Shown piece after piece: positions 1-13,248 of a DNA stretch of 64,000 nt; position 1 is the stretch's first letter, and every line of letters starts with the position of its first letter. Where the stretch lies: NCBI GenBank assembly GCA_965112155.1, contig OZ218101.1. One strand, given 5' to 3'. This DNA is from Podarcis liolepis (lineage: Eukaryota). Below the pieces are notes generated by a model. The model saw nothing but the letters and a program-made list of their open reading frames with translations, was not told where the DNA came from and searched no databases. A program made the position numbers and the translations under genes.

Positions 1-1106
1 ATGTCCTGAGGGAGAAAAAAATACCGCTAATGCTTAAAATAACAGTTGCTATTTATTTGCCAGCACTTGTATTGAAAAAGGCAACAGGAATATGAAGTGT
101 TAGTAATACGATGGGTTCTTTTTTGTGAAAACTAATATCTGCTATTATATAAGCCATTGCCTAATGAGCATCTATAGGCAGTGAAAATAAATGGCCACAT
201 GATGCCATTTCAGCCATTCAAACCTGACAGCTAAACACTTAATGGCAGCCAGTAATGATTGTTATGACAAACTGCCAGGGAGCCTCAGTCATAAAAAGTG
301 CTTAGCTACTATAGTTTGCAATTCTAATTGCACAAACGTATTTGTTACAAGTGATTAACACTCTGATCTTATGTGTAGTTGCTTGAAAGGGAGGCACAAT
401 AAAACCAACGAGAATCAGTTATAAGTACATGTATTTCATATTGGAACGTGAGGCAGGATTGGCTGGAGAAGAAAATGAATGTTAAATACAGACCACAAGC
501 ACTAACAGAGGAAATAAGGGGATAGATATTAAGGCAACTGAAGGATCTTACTGACTCTGTGAAACATGTTAATTTTCACTGTCGTTAATACAGAATAATA
601 AGATAATAATTTTGATATTAATACCTTGCATTTTAAAGTTATAAATCATTAGAGTTCAGTGCTCCAAAACTTTATTAAGTCAGCTCTTATTTGAAAGGGT
701 ATCAGCAATAAATGCTTACCAGCTTGCAGATAGTTTCATCTGCCTAAATGGGATTGTCCATTCAAGCCTGTAAGCATAGGATTTAAGGTATGACCTAGCA
801 GATTTATTGCTGCCAGCTAAATAGTTAGCCAGCAGCTCCAGCTGCTATAGATACAATACTGATTGTAGAATCCAACAGATACCACAGGAAAGCAGTAGCC
901 CAGATATTTGCTGAATGTATTAAACCAGCAAGAGGGTATGCTATTCAGTGGAACATAAGTTTTTCACTGATCTTAAAGCCATAGGAAACCAAGGAGAAAA
1001 GGAAAGAATGTAAAATTTGTCCTCTTTTTCATTCACTTTTTATATATGTGACACTTCTTTTGGGTTTCTTGTAATGTAGTGTGCTACAATTCACCAAAGA
1101 AACGTA

Positions 1107-1334
1107 CAATGGTACCTTGGGTTACATACGCTTCAGGTTACATACACTTCAGGTTACAGACTCCGCTAACCCATAAATAATACCTCAGGTTAAGAACTCT
1201 GCTTCAGGATGAGAACAGAAATCGCGCGGCAGTAGCGGGAGGCCCCATTAGCTAAAGTGGTTAAGAAGTTAAGACGTTTCAGGTTAAGAACAGACCTCCG
1301 GAACGAATTAAGTACGTAACCAGAGGTACCACTG
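1107..1334. mobile_element. Tc1/mariner (Tigger/pogo-like) MITE, family A copy 1
   Basis: TIRs CAATGGTACCT...AGGTACCACTG, TA TSD on both sides, internal repeated TTCAGGTTA(C/A) motif; homologous to 6903..7144 and 28702..28937. Confidence 0.9.
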
Positions 1335-1688
1335 TATTTACCAATTTTGTCTAGCATTAAAAAAATACATTTTTATTTCAGGTACACTTGATAATAATAT
1401 GAAATCCTGCAAAGAACCAAAAATAAACAAATCACAGTAGAGCCACTAACGATTTTCAGGATTCCAGTTTGTTGTTTGAAATCTGGCACCTGTTCGGCCG
1501 AGATGACAAAGACACAAAGTATGTGGAGGATACTTCCCTGTTGTGCTGCTACTCTACAGTAAGTTTCTTCTGAGAGGGTTGAGGGACTGTTTAGGCCAGG
1601 AAAAGTGAATGGTGTTGAATGTACTTTGTTTTCTTCAAAGGGGATATACTGGTTTTCTGTAACTTCCTCTTAGAACACCAGGCATTTC

Positions 1689-1910
1689 CAGTGTGGTGTA
1701 GTGGTTAAGAGTGGTAGATTCCTCTGCTCCTCCACCTGCAGCTGCTGGGTGACCTTGGGCCAGTCACACTTCTTTGAAGTCTCTCAGCCCCACTCACCTC
1801 ACAGAGTGTTTGTTGTGGGGGAGGAAGGGAAAGGAGAATGTTAGCCGCTTTGAGACTCCTTAGGGTAGTGATAAAGCGGGATATCAAATCCAAACTCCTC
1901 TTCTTCTTTT
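1689..1910 (+). mobile_element. tRNA-derived SINE with CORE-like body and L2-type tail (Squam3-like), B-box region deleted
   Basis: A-box TGGTGTAGTGG (1694..1704), CORE-like GCTGGGTGACCTTGGGCCAGTCAC, L2-type 3' stem-loop GCCGCTTTGAGACTCC...AAAGCGGG and (TCT)n tail. Confidence 0.8.
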
Positions 1911-3746
1911 AGTAAAGCTCTTTACTTGTTTTATAAGCTGGGGTGGTATCTCATTTTAACACCCTTACACATAGGATCTATAATACCAGGCTAACTTATG
2001 AAGCTTCAGATGGATCCTAGGGAAAATTGGATGCTGATTGATAATTTCCACATTTCCTTGTGGAAATAATTACCCCCTTGTTTGGAGGCAGCTGTTCTCT
2101 AAAGCGGGAGAGTGAACTGAAAAGAGGAATACACTTGGTGTTAGCACCTTCTCCTTAGAAGGACTTGACTGATTTGTGTCCTATGCTTCCAAATTAGTTA
2201 TAAGGGGGGGGCGGCTATTTTACTGACAAGTTTTGTTGCTTTTGAAATGATATAATTACACCTACTCAATAATACATCTATTAGAAAAACACCTGAAATT
2301 AAAATAAATGACTCACAAATAGCACATCAATTTATCAAAAGGATGTGGGCAAAGTTGCAGGATCAGAAAGACCAAACTCAAAATGAAATATGAACTTTGA
2401 AAGCCCCAAAGCTGTGACTGCCAACAGTAACAAGCTGTAACTGGGATAAATGGACCAATGGTTTTACTTGGTATGAGGCGGTTCATAAGCCATATAAAAG
2501 CCACATAGACACAAAGTTATGAATGGTGATGGCATCGTTTTCACAAGCAGAACTACCTCACTGTAATGTTACTCAAAATGCCCACTAACTGAAGTTAAAT
2601 TCACTAACAACTGAACATCCTTGACATCAAACTAGCTAGTTCTTAATGTAGCTGGAATATAGAGGTGTTTCAAGTTCAGCAATTTGCTACTAGCAATATT
2701 GAACTGCTCTGTGAATTCCTGCAAGGGGTATTGTAAATAAATGATGTTAAAATATGATGGTGCTAAGGGACAAAACAGGATTCCATCAAAGGCAGCCTTT
2801 TATGGTATTCTTCGGAGACACAGTGATATCATGTATTTGACTGGAATATCAATCTAATGAGGCAACATAAACCCCTGAAAGCCTATAATTTACTTTCAAG
2901 AATCACTTCTTAAGGTATTTGACGAAGGAATAGACACAGTTTTTCAGCACCATTGATTACTCACCCTTTGCTACTATCTGCACAAAATGTGTATTTTAGA
3001 TTTTTCAAGCTCTTACCCTAAACAGCCTGATAGGGGAAATAATTCCTCAGCTGTAAGCCACCTTACAAATAAAACAGTACTGTTGATGCATCTCCCCAAA
3101 ATAAATGTCCTTTCTCTGATATTAATAAAACACTTATCCGCTTCCTTCCTTGCTAGTGATACTGTATTATAATGCAATAAAACAGCAGTGCATGAGGACA
3201 TTTAGTAAATAAGGCTGCATTTAAATTTGGTTGGCATGACTCTTTGATACATTGTTTCCTTGTTTCCATTTTTCAACAACAGAAAATCTTCTGATGACTC
3301 TTCTCATTAGCACACATATAACACAATAGAAGAACAATTTGCTGTTTTACCAAGAGCATGAGAACATATTTACCAGCACTGAAGAATAAAACGTAAAAGA
3401 AAATGTAATAATATCTCCCAAGTCCCTGCTGGGCTATAATTGTGTCAGGATACAAACTGCAGTACTTTGCTCAGGTCACCAGAAACCTTAAAACAAAACT
3501 ACAACCTTTAGCTTAACGTACATTTAAACCATACAGCAAAAAGAAATCCTTTCCTTCAATATGTACTCTGGACCCTTTCATGTTATCTAAAATTGCTCAT
3601 ATGTCTGTTATCTGTTAGGATTCTTGGATCATTATCCTCCCTGTGTATCATTTATTAAAAAGTGTTCAAAACTCTATGTGATTGGTTGAAAGATGCTGAA
3701 TAGGTGTACAGCTGGAACTAGAACAAGCAAGAAGGCAGGATTCCTA

Positions 3747-3915
3747 CAGTGGCGTAGCGTGGGTTGTCAGCACCCGGGGCAAGGCAAGTAATTTGCGCCC
3801 CCTAACCCGTGGATTTGCGCCCCCTAACCCGTGGATTTGCGCCCCCTAACCCTAACCCCCAGATGTTGCAGCCGGTGCGGCCGGCCCCCCCTGCACCCCC
3901 CACGCTACGCCACTG
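3747..3915. mobile_element. Non-autonomous hAT MITE with internal 22-bp tandem repeat
   Basis: Perfect 17-bp TIR CAGTGGCGTAGCGTGGG/CCCACGCTACGCCACTG; 8-bp TSD GATTCCTA/AATTCCTA; about 2.8 copies of ATTTGCGCCCCCTAACCCGTGG at 3791..3852. Confidence 0.9.
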
Positions 3916-4902
3916 AATTCCTACTAGCCTCTGCCAATACATTTGCGCCCTTGGAAAATGACTCGGGTGGGTTGGGAAAGCCCCCAGAACAGAATGCAAA
4001 GGGGGGCAAGCTGAAAAGTACATATTGTGTATCAGTACCATCTAAGAAAAAAAGGCATAAACTGAAAATAGTGGCATTCTTCATGAAATCTTTAAAAAGG
4101 AAGAATAAAATAATGGTGAATTGCTAATGCATTGGCGTCATTCCAGAAATAAGATCATGAAATTAGGAAACCCAAATCCTGTGAGAAATTGAGATTTGGT
4201 AGGGAAGGGGATTCACAAATATATCCTGAATGTAAAGTATGTGTTGTGCCACTAAGCTGTCATTCTCCTTTCCTGTTCTTAGACTTTGCAATCACAACAG
4301 CTCCTAGCTTTAGATAAAGACCTGCAACAGTTGTTATCCCCTATACAGTATTTCTTCTCCACTAGTACAAGGATATACTAATTCACTCAGGCTGACGTAT
4401 ACATTTCCCCAATGAAATGCATAATAGAGGCTAGTGCTTTGCACAGACCTCTGCCCTAGTCCTTCAGAATCTTTTTTTCATTGTTACCTTTTCTAGTAAA
4501 AAAATAAAGAAAGGATTAATAGATTCTTTGTTATAATTGTAAAGGGGAAGCAGCTGTTATTCCACTCTAGGTATGCATGGATTTAGGTCGCTCCATGTTA
4601 AAGAAGAGGATTGGGCATATAATATTTCCCCTGATTACATCTTCTTCACAATTATCTGGCATGCAAAATATTGTCTGTGAGCAATAAAAGCAGAAACGTA
4701 CTACCAATGAAAAGAGGAAGCTTTAATCCAAGGAACCTGGGGAGCCACAATAGGAAAAAGAAGGATTTTCACTTATCCTCTGCCATGAGCTCTTTCAAAA
4801 GAACTATTTTAGGGCATTTCAAGGCTACAGGTACTTGACTGTGGGGTTTTTTGGTAGGGTAGAAAAATGAACTTAAATCTTTCACACATCAGTCAATGAT
4901 AC

Positions 4903-5446
4903 TGTTGTGAAAGTTGGGTGCCTGCCCCTGTCTCTGCCAAGCGATGGCAAGAGTCCATGGGGTCCCAAGACCTCACGCAGGATCTGTGCTCCTTGGGAGA
5001 ATTGAAGATGTGGGAGAACTGTCCTGGATTTACTAAATATGGCTTATTCGCCTATTTGCACCTTCATTCTGCATGGAGGGAATCCAGATCTTATGGAATA
5101 GTCATTTCAAGAGGCAGCAGAACAGACTGCCTGTAGCCAGCCTCCCCCAAAGATAGATCTCAGCCCTTCCTTTGCTTCTTTCTCCCCAAGACCTTCTCCC
5201 CTCAAACACCCCCCCCCATCATCTTGGTAACATCTCACTTCCTCAGTGGCCCATCAACACTTTTTGTCATGTTAACAGGTTTGCTCTTCACCCAGCCAGC
5301 CAGGCTGGCTTGCATAAACCAGTCCAGTAATTCCCTGAATTCTGTTTGGCACAGTTCTGCACTTTAATTCACACCCCAATTAATAAAAACCCTGGAATTT
5401 ATTAATTGCTAAGGTTCAGGGGGGACCCCCCCTTAAATCTATAACA
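4903..5446 (+). mobile_element. Solo LTR (Gypsy/ERV-like), 544 bp
   Basis: Begins TGTTGTGA, ends TCTATAACA (TG...CA with short inverted termini); 4-bp TSD ATAC on both sides; AATAAA at 5382..5387; GC content above flanks. Confidence 0.7.
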
Positions 5447-6902
5447 ATACTTAAAACTTCCTGACTTTAGCTCAGTTGTGTCCTTTTTTTGGACAGTGGA
5501 CCACAAAGGGAAAATGGGGTTGGTAAAACCTTCTATGAGGAATTAAGCCTAGTGCATTTATTTAATCACAGGTCAAAAATGAACTCTGCTTTTTTGCACT
5601 GTGATATAACTGATGTGTATCAGCAACCTTTTTGGGGGGAATGGAAACAAACTGAAAACTGTGGCAAATGTAACATGCTACAAACATGAAATCTATTTCA
5701 AGATTATAAAAAATAACTGTATGCAGATAAAATTGAATGCTAGGCAAAGTAAACACAGAAAACAATAATGGAAAGGAATAGTGGAAATATATTCAGTTGT
5801 AGCAGATTATCGCTTAGTCCTTGGGCATAGCCAGCTCAAAAAATCTTAGTTTAAGAAAGACCTCAGCTGAAGGCTTCAGAAAGCTGCTACAAGTCTGAGT
5901 AGACAATATGTTGAACCATTATATGTCCAACAGCAAAATAACTAGCAAAGAGTATTCTGCAATGATTGTCAAACTTTTGTGTTCAGAAATAAATTCTCAG
6001 AGGTTCTATTACTAAAGCAAAAGCCTAGTTCAAGTGATCCAATATGCCACACTCTGAAACAATAACAAGTGATAAGTTGTGATTAATTCTTTTGATTGGC
6101 TATATCCAGGCTACTTATTTAAGCTATCTTGTCTTGGTTCCCTTTCTTCCTTCTCTCCATAGCCTTTCTCTCCCCCAGACATTATGCTATCACTCAGATG
6201 AGGGGACAGAATAGAAATTTAATAAACAAATAAATAAATATCACTTCTCTGCGCATTCAATTAACATGAGTGGGGGAGCAGGCTCTGCCTATGACCTATG
6301 GACAGTCATCACACACCTGAACAGGACCCACATACTATCTGCTTACACCTGTGAATAATTCAACAAATGTGGATAGATCTAGGTAGATCTTCCCCACCAG
6401 CTGGCCCCGCGCCCCACCAAAGCATATACATGATGCCCTGATGTGTGTGACAAAAAGGGGCAATACTGGGCAACATAGGCAGTATCATCTACACACCCCA
6501 CTAAGCATCACAAGTTGCGTTTCTTAGTGTTTAAATCTACAGAAACTGAGTTTCTTAGAGTTCCTGCCTGACATAGTTAACTTGTGAATGAACCCCAGGA
6601 ACACACCACATCCTAGAAAATCTGAAGTAAGGAAAAATACTCACACATATACCAATAAATGGTGAGCTGTAACCTGGACACATGTGGGCATTTCCCGCAA
6701 TAAAGACAATACAATAAAATCCACAGAACAAATCAATGTGTGTTGACTAACATGCACTTGCTGTTAGCCACTTTAAAGATAACGAGAAAAACATGCAAGA
6801 GGAATATTAAATAAATAAATAAATAAATATGGGACATGAGCATTTCCACCAGCATGAAATGACAAATCAATTATAATATTATCAATTATAATATTATATA
6901 TA

Positions 6903-7144
6903 CAGTGGTACCTCGGGTTACATAAGCTTCAGGTTACATACGCTTCAGGTTACAGACTCCGCTAACCCAGAAATATTACCTCAGGTTAAGAACTTTGCTT
7001 CAGGATGATAACAGAAATTGTGCTCCGGCGGCGTGGCGGCAGCAGGAGGCCCCATTAGCTAAAGTGGTGCTTCAGGTTAAGAACAGTTTCAGGTTAAGAA
7101 TGGACCTCCAGAACAAATTAAGTACTTAACCTGAGGTACCACTG
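6903..7144. mobile_element. Tc1/mariner (Tigger/pogo-like) MITE, family A copy 2
   Basis: TIRs CAGTGGTACCTC/GAGGTACCACTG, TA TSD, same internal sequence as copies 1 and 3. Confidence 0.92.
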
Positions 7145-10100
7145 TATATGCATAATACTTATATCAAATGAACTTTTCTCTTAAAAAAAGCAGTGAAGTA
7201 AGCAATTAGTCAAGGGTGGACACAGCTAGCTATGCTTTGGTTTGGCTCCCATTAATCTTCATTAAAGGTATGCTGAGGCTAGCAGAATTGTCTTAGTAGT
7301 TTGCTTCTGATGAACCAAGACCGAAAAGATGTGTACCCAATGAGTGCCAGCGGCCAAAGCCACAGAGCAAGAGGCTGGTTAACACTCTTATCTTACACAG
7401 TTCATCTTGCAGAGCTAGAATTAATTCCTTAGTTCTGCTATCAAGAATTTTGTTTGCACTTGTCTAATTTAACTACAAAGAGAACAAAAATGTAGTGCTA
7501 TGAAAGAAAAAGAAAGAAGATTAAGAGCAGAACAAATTGACCATAAGTGAATTTGTTTCATCCTTCTTTCAACCCCAAAAAGAATTGAACTCTATGAAAT
7601 ATGTATATTTTGCTGATTAAGTTTGAAATCTTAATAATTAGGGAGGTGAGCAGAAAAAGTGCCATGTCTTTTAAAAAAAACACAAAAAAACCAGTGGCTT
7701 AAAATCTATCTTTGTTTATCATGTATTTATTGCTACCAGAAAGAAACAAGATTTTGATGTAAAATTATAGAAGGTTTTGTTTGTGAGACAGCAAAAATCA
7801 GCCCACACTACCCTAGAGTTAATGACAAAAGTGCACTGAAAAACTTTTGGTGTCAACCACCTTCACAATATTGTCTTGAACAACAGATCATAATTGGCCA
7901 TCATCAGTTATTTGATGATGATTTGAGATACCACGAGAAACCAACAGTCAAAAATAGATAATCCATACATTTATATAGGTAGAATGTTAAGAATGGAAAT
8001 GTATCAAATATATTAAAACTTTTATGTAAACTTTTTTCAATGTGATCCACAAATGACATAATATTGTCACCGAAATTAGCTGTATTTAATTGTGAAGGAT
8101 TTAATATCTGAATTACGTAAAACAATGATGTAACACCTTTATGACTTACAAACACCACATGGAAGTTTTAATCTTCATTAATTGATATTGCTTGCAGCTA
8201 TTGACAAAGCCCCCTGTATTCACTTATACGTTATAAACATTTCAATCAAGCTAACAATATGTGTTCCTTATAATGATATTATATGGCTGTGTGAATTCCC
8301 CTTAGTGGCTAAAGTGCAGGACACCAATATTATTTTTTTATGAATTATAGCCTCCACAACTACCTGTACGTAGTAGTGAGAGATGGAATGGTAAAATAAA
8401 CAAACCTGAATTTCTAAACAATAATTTGTTGTCCAGCAAACTTGGCCCGGTTGATTGGACAGCTCATTTAGCAAGGAAATAAGGTCCTAAGCTATAGTTT
8501 CTGAAGCTGGTTTATCATAACTTGGCATTCTTACCTAAAATGCAATTGATGAACTATGTCTAGTAAACACCTGAGGGAACTCTTGCCAAAACAGGTTCAC
8601 CAAGCTTGCCAAAACAACCTCATTTATTTAAGAACAAAGATAGCTATAAATATTTGTCATGTTAAAGATGCTAACATGATAAAAAATATTGTTCTTGATT
8701 AAAAGAAATTGGAATCAAAAGCTGATTTATATTCAAAGTTAAAAAAAACAAACCCCAAAAACATTTGCAGATTTGTACCACAGAAGTTCTGTTCCCACCA
8801 CTATGATGGAAGGAAGATATTGCACTTCATGAGAGCTATAAAATTGCAGTTCTGACTATGTGTCTGACATAAAATAGAGGTATTCAGAGTAGCAGAACAA
8901 TGTCCATACATTGCAAATTAGTTATTTCTGCTTCCTGCAGACTAAAGCTGCAGATACATACACTGTATCTGATTCTAAAATTAGTTTTACATAACATTTC
9001 ATTAAAGACATCTCCCTGCACTGGAATGGAGAAAAGAAGTGGCACACTATCATATGAAAGTTACACAAGTGTGTATTTTGCCCTATGTAAATTAAGAAAT
9101 CATTTCATCCTTTGGGCACCCAACACATGGTATATGTTGTAAACTAGAGAAGTTCATATTTTTACACACTGGTGTACCCAGTTCTCCTTATACCCATGAA
9201 GGGAAAATATAATGTGCTTCTAAGAGGATTGTTTGTAAGGCTTAATTATTTAATGTTTGTTCTGTCCTTTAAACACTGTACTTCAGAATGAAAAAAACAC
9301 CCTAAGTTAAAGTTCGTCCTTTTCCTAAACATAAATCCCTTGAAGGAATAAAGACAACTTATATCACTGAACTTACAGAATCCAGTCATACAATTTCTGC
9401 AGTATATTCAATGCTTCATTCTTGCCCACTTAAACATGTATTATAACCACAATATGGGAAATAGTTCCCATACATAAAGTGAATATGAATGGTCATTGAA
9501 AATTGCTCATTGAGTTTCTGACTTCTAGAAGAGAGTCACTAGTGATCACTGTGGTACAGTGGTTTAAATGAATATGGGAAAGACCAGGCTAAAATCTCGT
9601 CAGCTATGAAACTTACTGTTGACCTCAGAACTCTTACAGAATGAGTCAATTCAAATATAATGCTAAACCATAGTTTGGTGATATAGGAAGACTCTGGGCT
9701 TACTCCTTCCTCCCACCCCCATCCTTTCACACACCAGTTGGTTACTTCCTGGTTTGATCAAAACAGCATTTCCTGTTACATTTGAACTAGCAAAATATGG
9801 TTTCCACAATCTTTTCCAGCAGAGCTGCAAACCAAACTTTGAAACAAATTTGCGATCCTAGTTCAGAAGACAAGTGAAAACCAGAGTTGGCCAGCTTGGC
9901 AGTAATAGCAACCTGATAAACCCAGGAAGTAATTTACTGAAGCAGAACATGTATGAAAAGTGGGAGCCAATAGGAACTTATCATTACAGAATTTATTTCC
10001 AATAGGAACACAGCTTAGTTTGCTGTTACATTTGAAGCAAATCACTGTCTCAGCCTAAAGCTACAACATTCTTTTGGCTAAAATATACTCTGAATGCTTT

Positions 10101-13100
10101 GAAGGACCAACAGGATGTATAAAATAAATAAAAGAATATTGTTAATACAAAACAACAACAACAACCCACTCATTTTCTAGGATAACAGTAGACAGACTGT
10201 TTGTTTACAATTATCAAAGCTATTTTTAAGATTTTAAAATAGTCCGATATCTTCAAATGTAAATGATCAAGCAATTCTACTACACAAAATCTATTTATTT
10301 CAATACATTTTACAAATATACTGAGAATTGCACCTCAAGCCTTGTCACTTGAAACAAACCTTAGTTTTCAGTACTCCCCACCCCACAATGGTTTATTCAG
10401 TCAATTTTGCCCTACACACAATGCAGTGTTTGTATGGACTCTCCAATGGTACAGCCAGTTTTTACTGAGGTAACTATGAGTGTGTAGCTACTGACATAGT
10501 ATTTATTATTATTTATTGAATTTGTATACTGCCCTTCAGCCAAAGATCACAGGGTGGTTCACAACATAAAAAATGTGCCACATCAACTGCTGAAACTATT
10601 CGCACAAAAATGGGCCAATTACTGCAGAGCTTGATTCTATTCAGATCCTAGTTCATATGAATTCCAGGTATAAATACATCTCTGGGGTCACAATAAACCA
10701 TTGTGTGGAGATACATTCAAACTGGCCCCATGTGCCACAGTGTATAACTATTGTCTCCAGCTCATTTGACATTGTCACCAGGTATTTTGGTTGACTCCTC
10801 ACACACAAAACCACTAAATACAGAAAACAGAATAGTGGCCTCCAGCTGCTCCAATGTTGCTAAGATAGTTTGAAATTACTGCCAATTGTGAACAATTTCT
10901 CCTTCTGTAAGCTCTTTTATTTTCCTGACTGTAAACCTAATGGGCACACAGTTCTTACTTCCAGCTTTCCAAGGTGAATTTCAGTTTCTGAGCTTTGAAG
11001 GATTTTTTCTTTACTTCACAGTAAAAACTGAGCATTTGACTAAAGTTCCAATTAGTATTAGTAGCAGTATATGTACCGAGATCCACAAAGAAAACAAGGC
11101 AAATTACATGAAGTGAAAGAATACATATTAGATGTGAAGAATCCATCAGCTCACCGCACAAGGTTGGCACAAAAAATTAACTAAAGCACTGAATGCTTGT
11201 CAGATGACATCATTTTCCTAGGCAACTTTAGGAAAGAAGAGGCTACTCACGGGATAAGGGCCAATGATTAAAAAGGCAGAAAATAAGCATTAACAAGTTA
11301 TTCTTGGCATTCAGGTGGGACCCAAAAGGCAATGCAGGATTTTTGCATCATTTTAAAAATCTGGTGCATCTAGATGTTTTTAAAAATTGTTATTATTATA
11401 CGGAGAAAGTTTGACAAAATCTCATACCACAGCTTCCAAAATGATCTAGGAATCATGTTAATTTCTACAAGTAATAGCTAATGACCCACAGATCAGAGGT
11501 ATTCCATCAACTTGACTATACTGTTTCATCGTTCCGGTGATATTATACTACAAGTAATTTAAAATAGGTTGTAACTGATCTAACAGTTTTTGTGGTTTGG
11601 AACAAGAAAAAGTACAATGCTGATAATGAAAAAAGACATGCAGATAATTGCTTTACAAAACCAATGCAAGAAGACAAAAAGAGGCACCACTGAGTATGAC
11701 TTCTTGGTTGACACAATTTAGATATTTATAGTTTTACAAATGGGCCACAGGAGAAGAATGTGAAGCTTTTCCTAGCTGGGAAGGATTAATGAACATGTGC
11801 ACCTGGTAATTACATCACTCCATCTTTCTGAAGAGTCCTACACTGTTTCAGTGGCAGAAAACTCTAGCGAAGGGCCACTGAAATTATCCATTTGCAATTC
11901 TACAAACAATGCATAGCTTAAAAAATACAGTCCCTCTTTAGTCTAGCCTTGCTGTGAAAAAAAATTCCAAAAATGCTACAGCATGTTACCTGACATGCCT
12001 TATAGAAAATGAAAAGCTCTTATGACATATGAGTTCTGTTTTAACCAAAAAGAGAGAAATCAGAAGCCCTCATAAAGCGACCAAAGTTATATTGTTCAAA
12101 AACAACCTTAGGAAGATATTTACCAAGACATATACTCCACCAATAATTAATTGATGCATATATAGCAAGATGTGGGGTTTAAATTACTCTTTCTTAAAGT
12201 AGTCCTCAAACCTGTATCCCCTGAAAACTTTCAAAAGTTAATATATATTAACTATATATATTAATATATATAGCACTGCTTTTTCTTCATGGTATATAAA
12301 TATTTTGAGAATTAATCATCTTCTGACATAATGCAGAATACTAAAATATGGCAATTCTACAGGAAACATTAGCAATGGGAGGGCAGGACAAATTACTGAC
12401 AAGGCTATCCTGTTGATCCTTGAGAGTCCTTAAAATTTAAACATGTAGCAGAAGGCTACATATTTCTGAATGTCTCTGCTTCCTGCAGTACGGTGAATTA
12501 TAATATATTAATGCTTAGCTTAGGTGGCAGATTCTAGCATCAAGAGGGAAGTCAATAACACCACAGATTTTAAATAACTAGGTTGACAATTCTTCACAGT
12601 AAAATTAAGATCCAGAATGAAATCTCACAAAGACATGTTGCATATAAACCCTAATACAAAAGTTAATTGCAAGCTGTAGTCGCATGCATCTAAATGCTTC
12701 AGAAGAATGCTCTCAAAATAGCATCTTGCAGTTCAGTAAAAAAAGAAGAAGTCAAGATTGTAAAATGGCCTGTTATTGCTAGAATCTGACTCTCCCTGAT
12801 GGAATATAGAAAACGAGGAGACTCCAGCAGAGATAAGTGTGCATGAAATGCCCACTCCAGAGAATTCGGCTAAATTGGCTACAATGAGACTTCAAAAGCA
12901 GAGAGACCAGAGATGCTCAAAGCACCTTGCAGCTTGGGGCTGCTGGCCTTTACTTCTTTTTAAAATATATATAATTAGATTTATCTAGGGAGCAAATAAA
13001 TAAGGAAGGATGGATTTCTGCTGGAGTTTGATCAGCACATCATTTTGTCGTAAACGCTGCACTGCTCATTACAATGAAAACACTTAATCTGGGTCTCCTG

Positions 13101-13248
13101 ATTTCAAGTACAAAAGCATCCCCTCCCACCTATTGCTTAGAGACTCCTGCATCAGAACAGGAGACTTAAGATGCAGACTGAATGGCATTAAACCCCCATT
13201 CTTCTGAACAGCAGATTCTCCCTCACACACACACCTTTGCTCCCTTAC

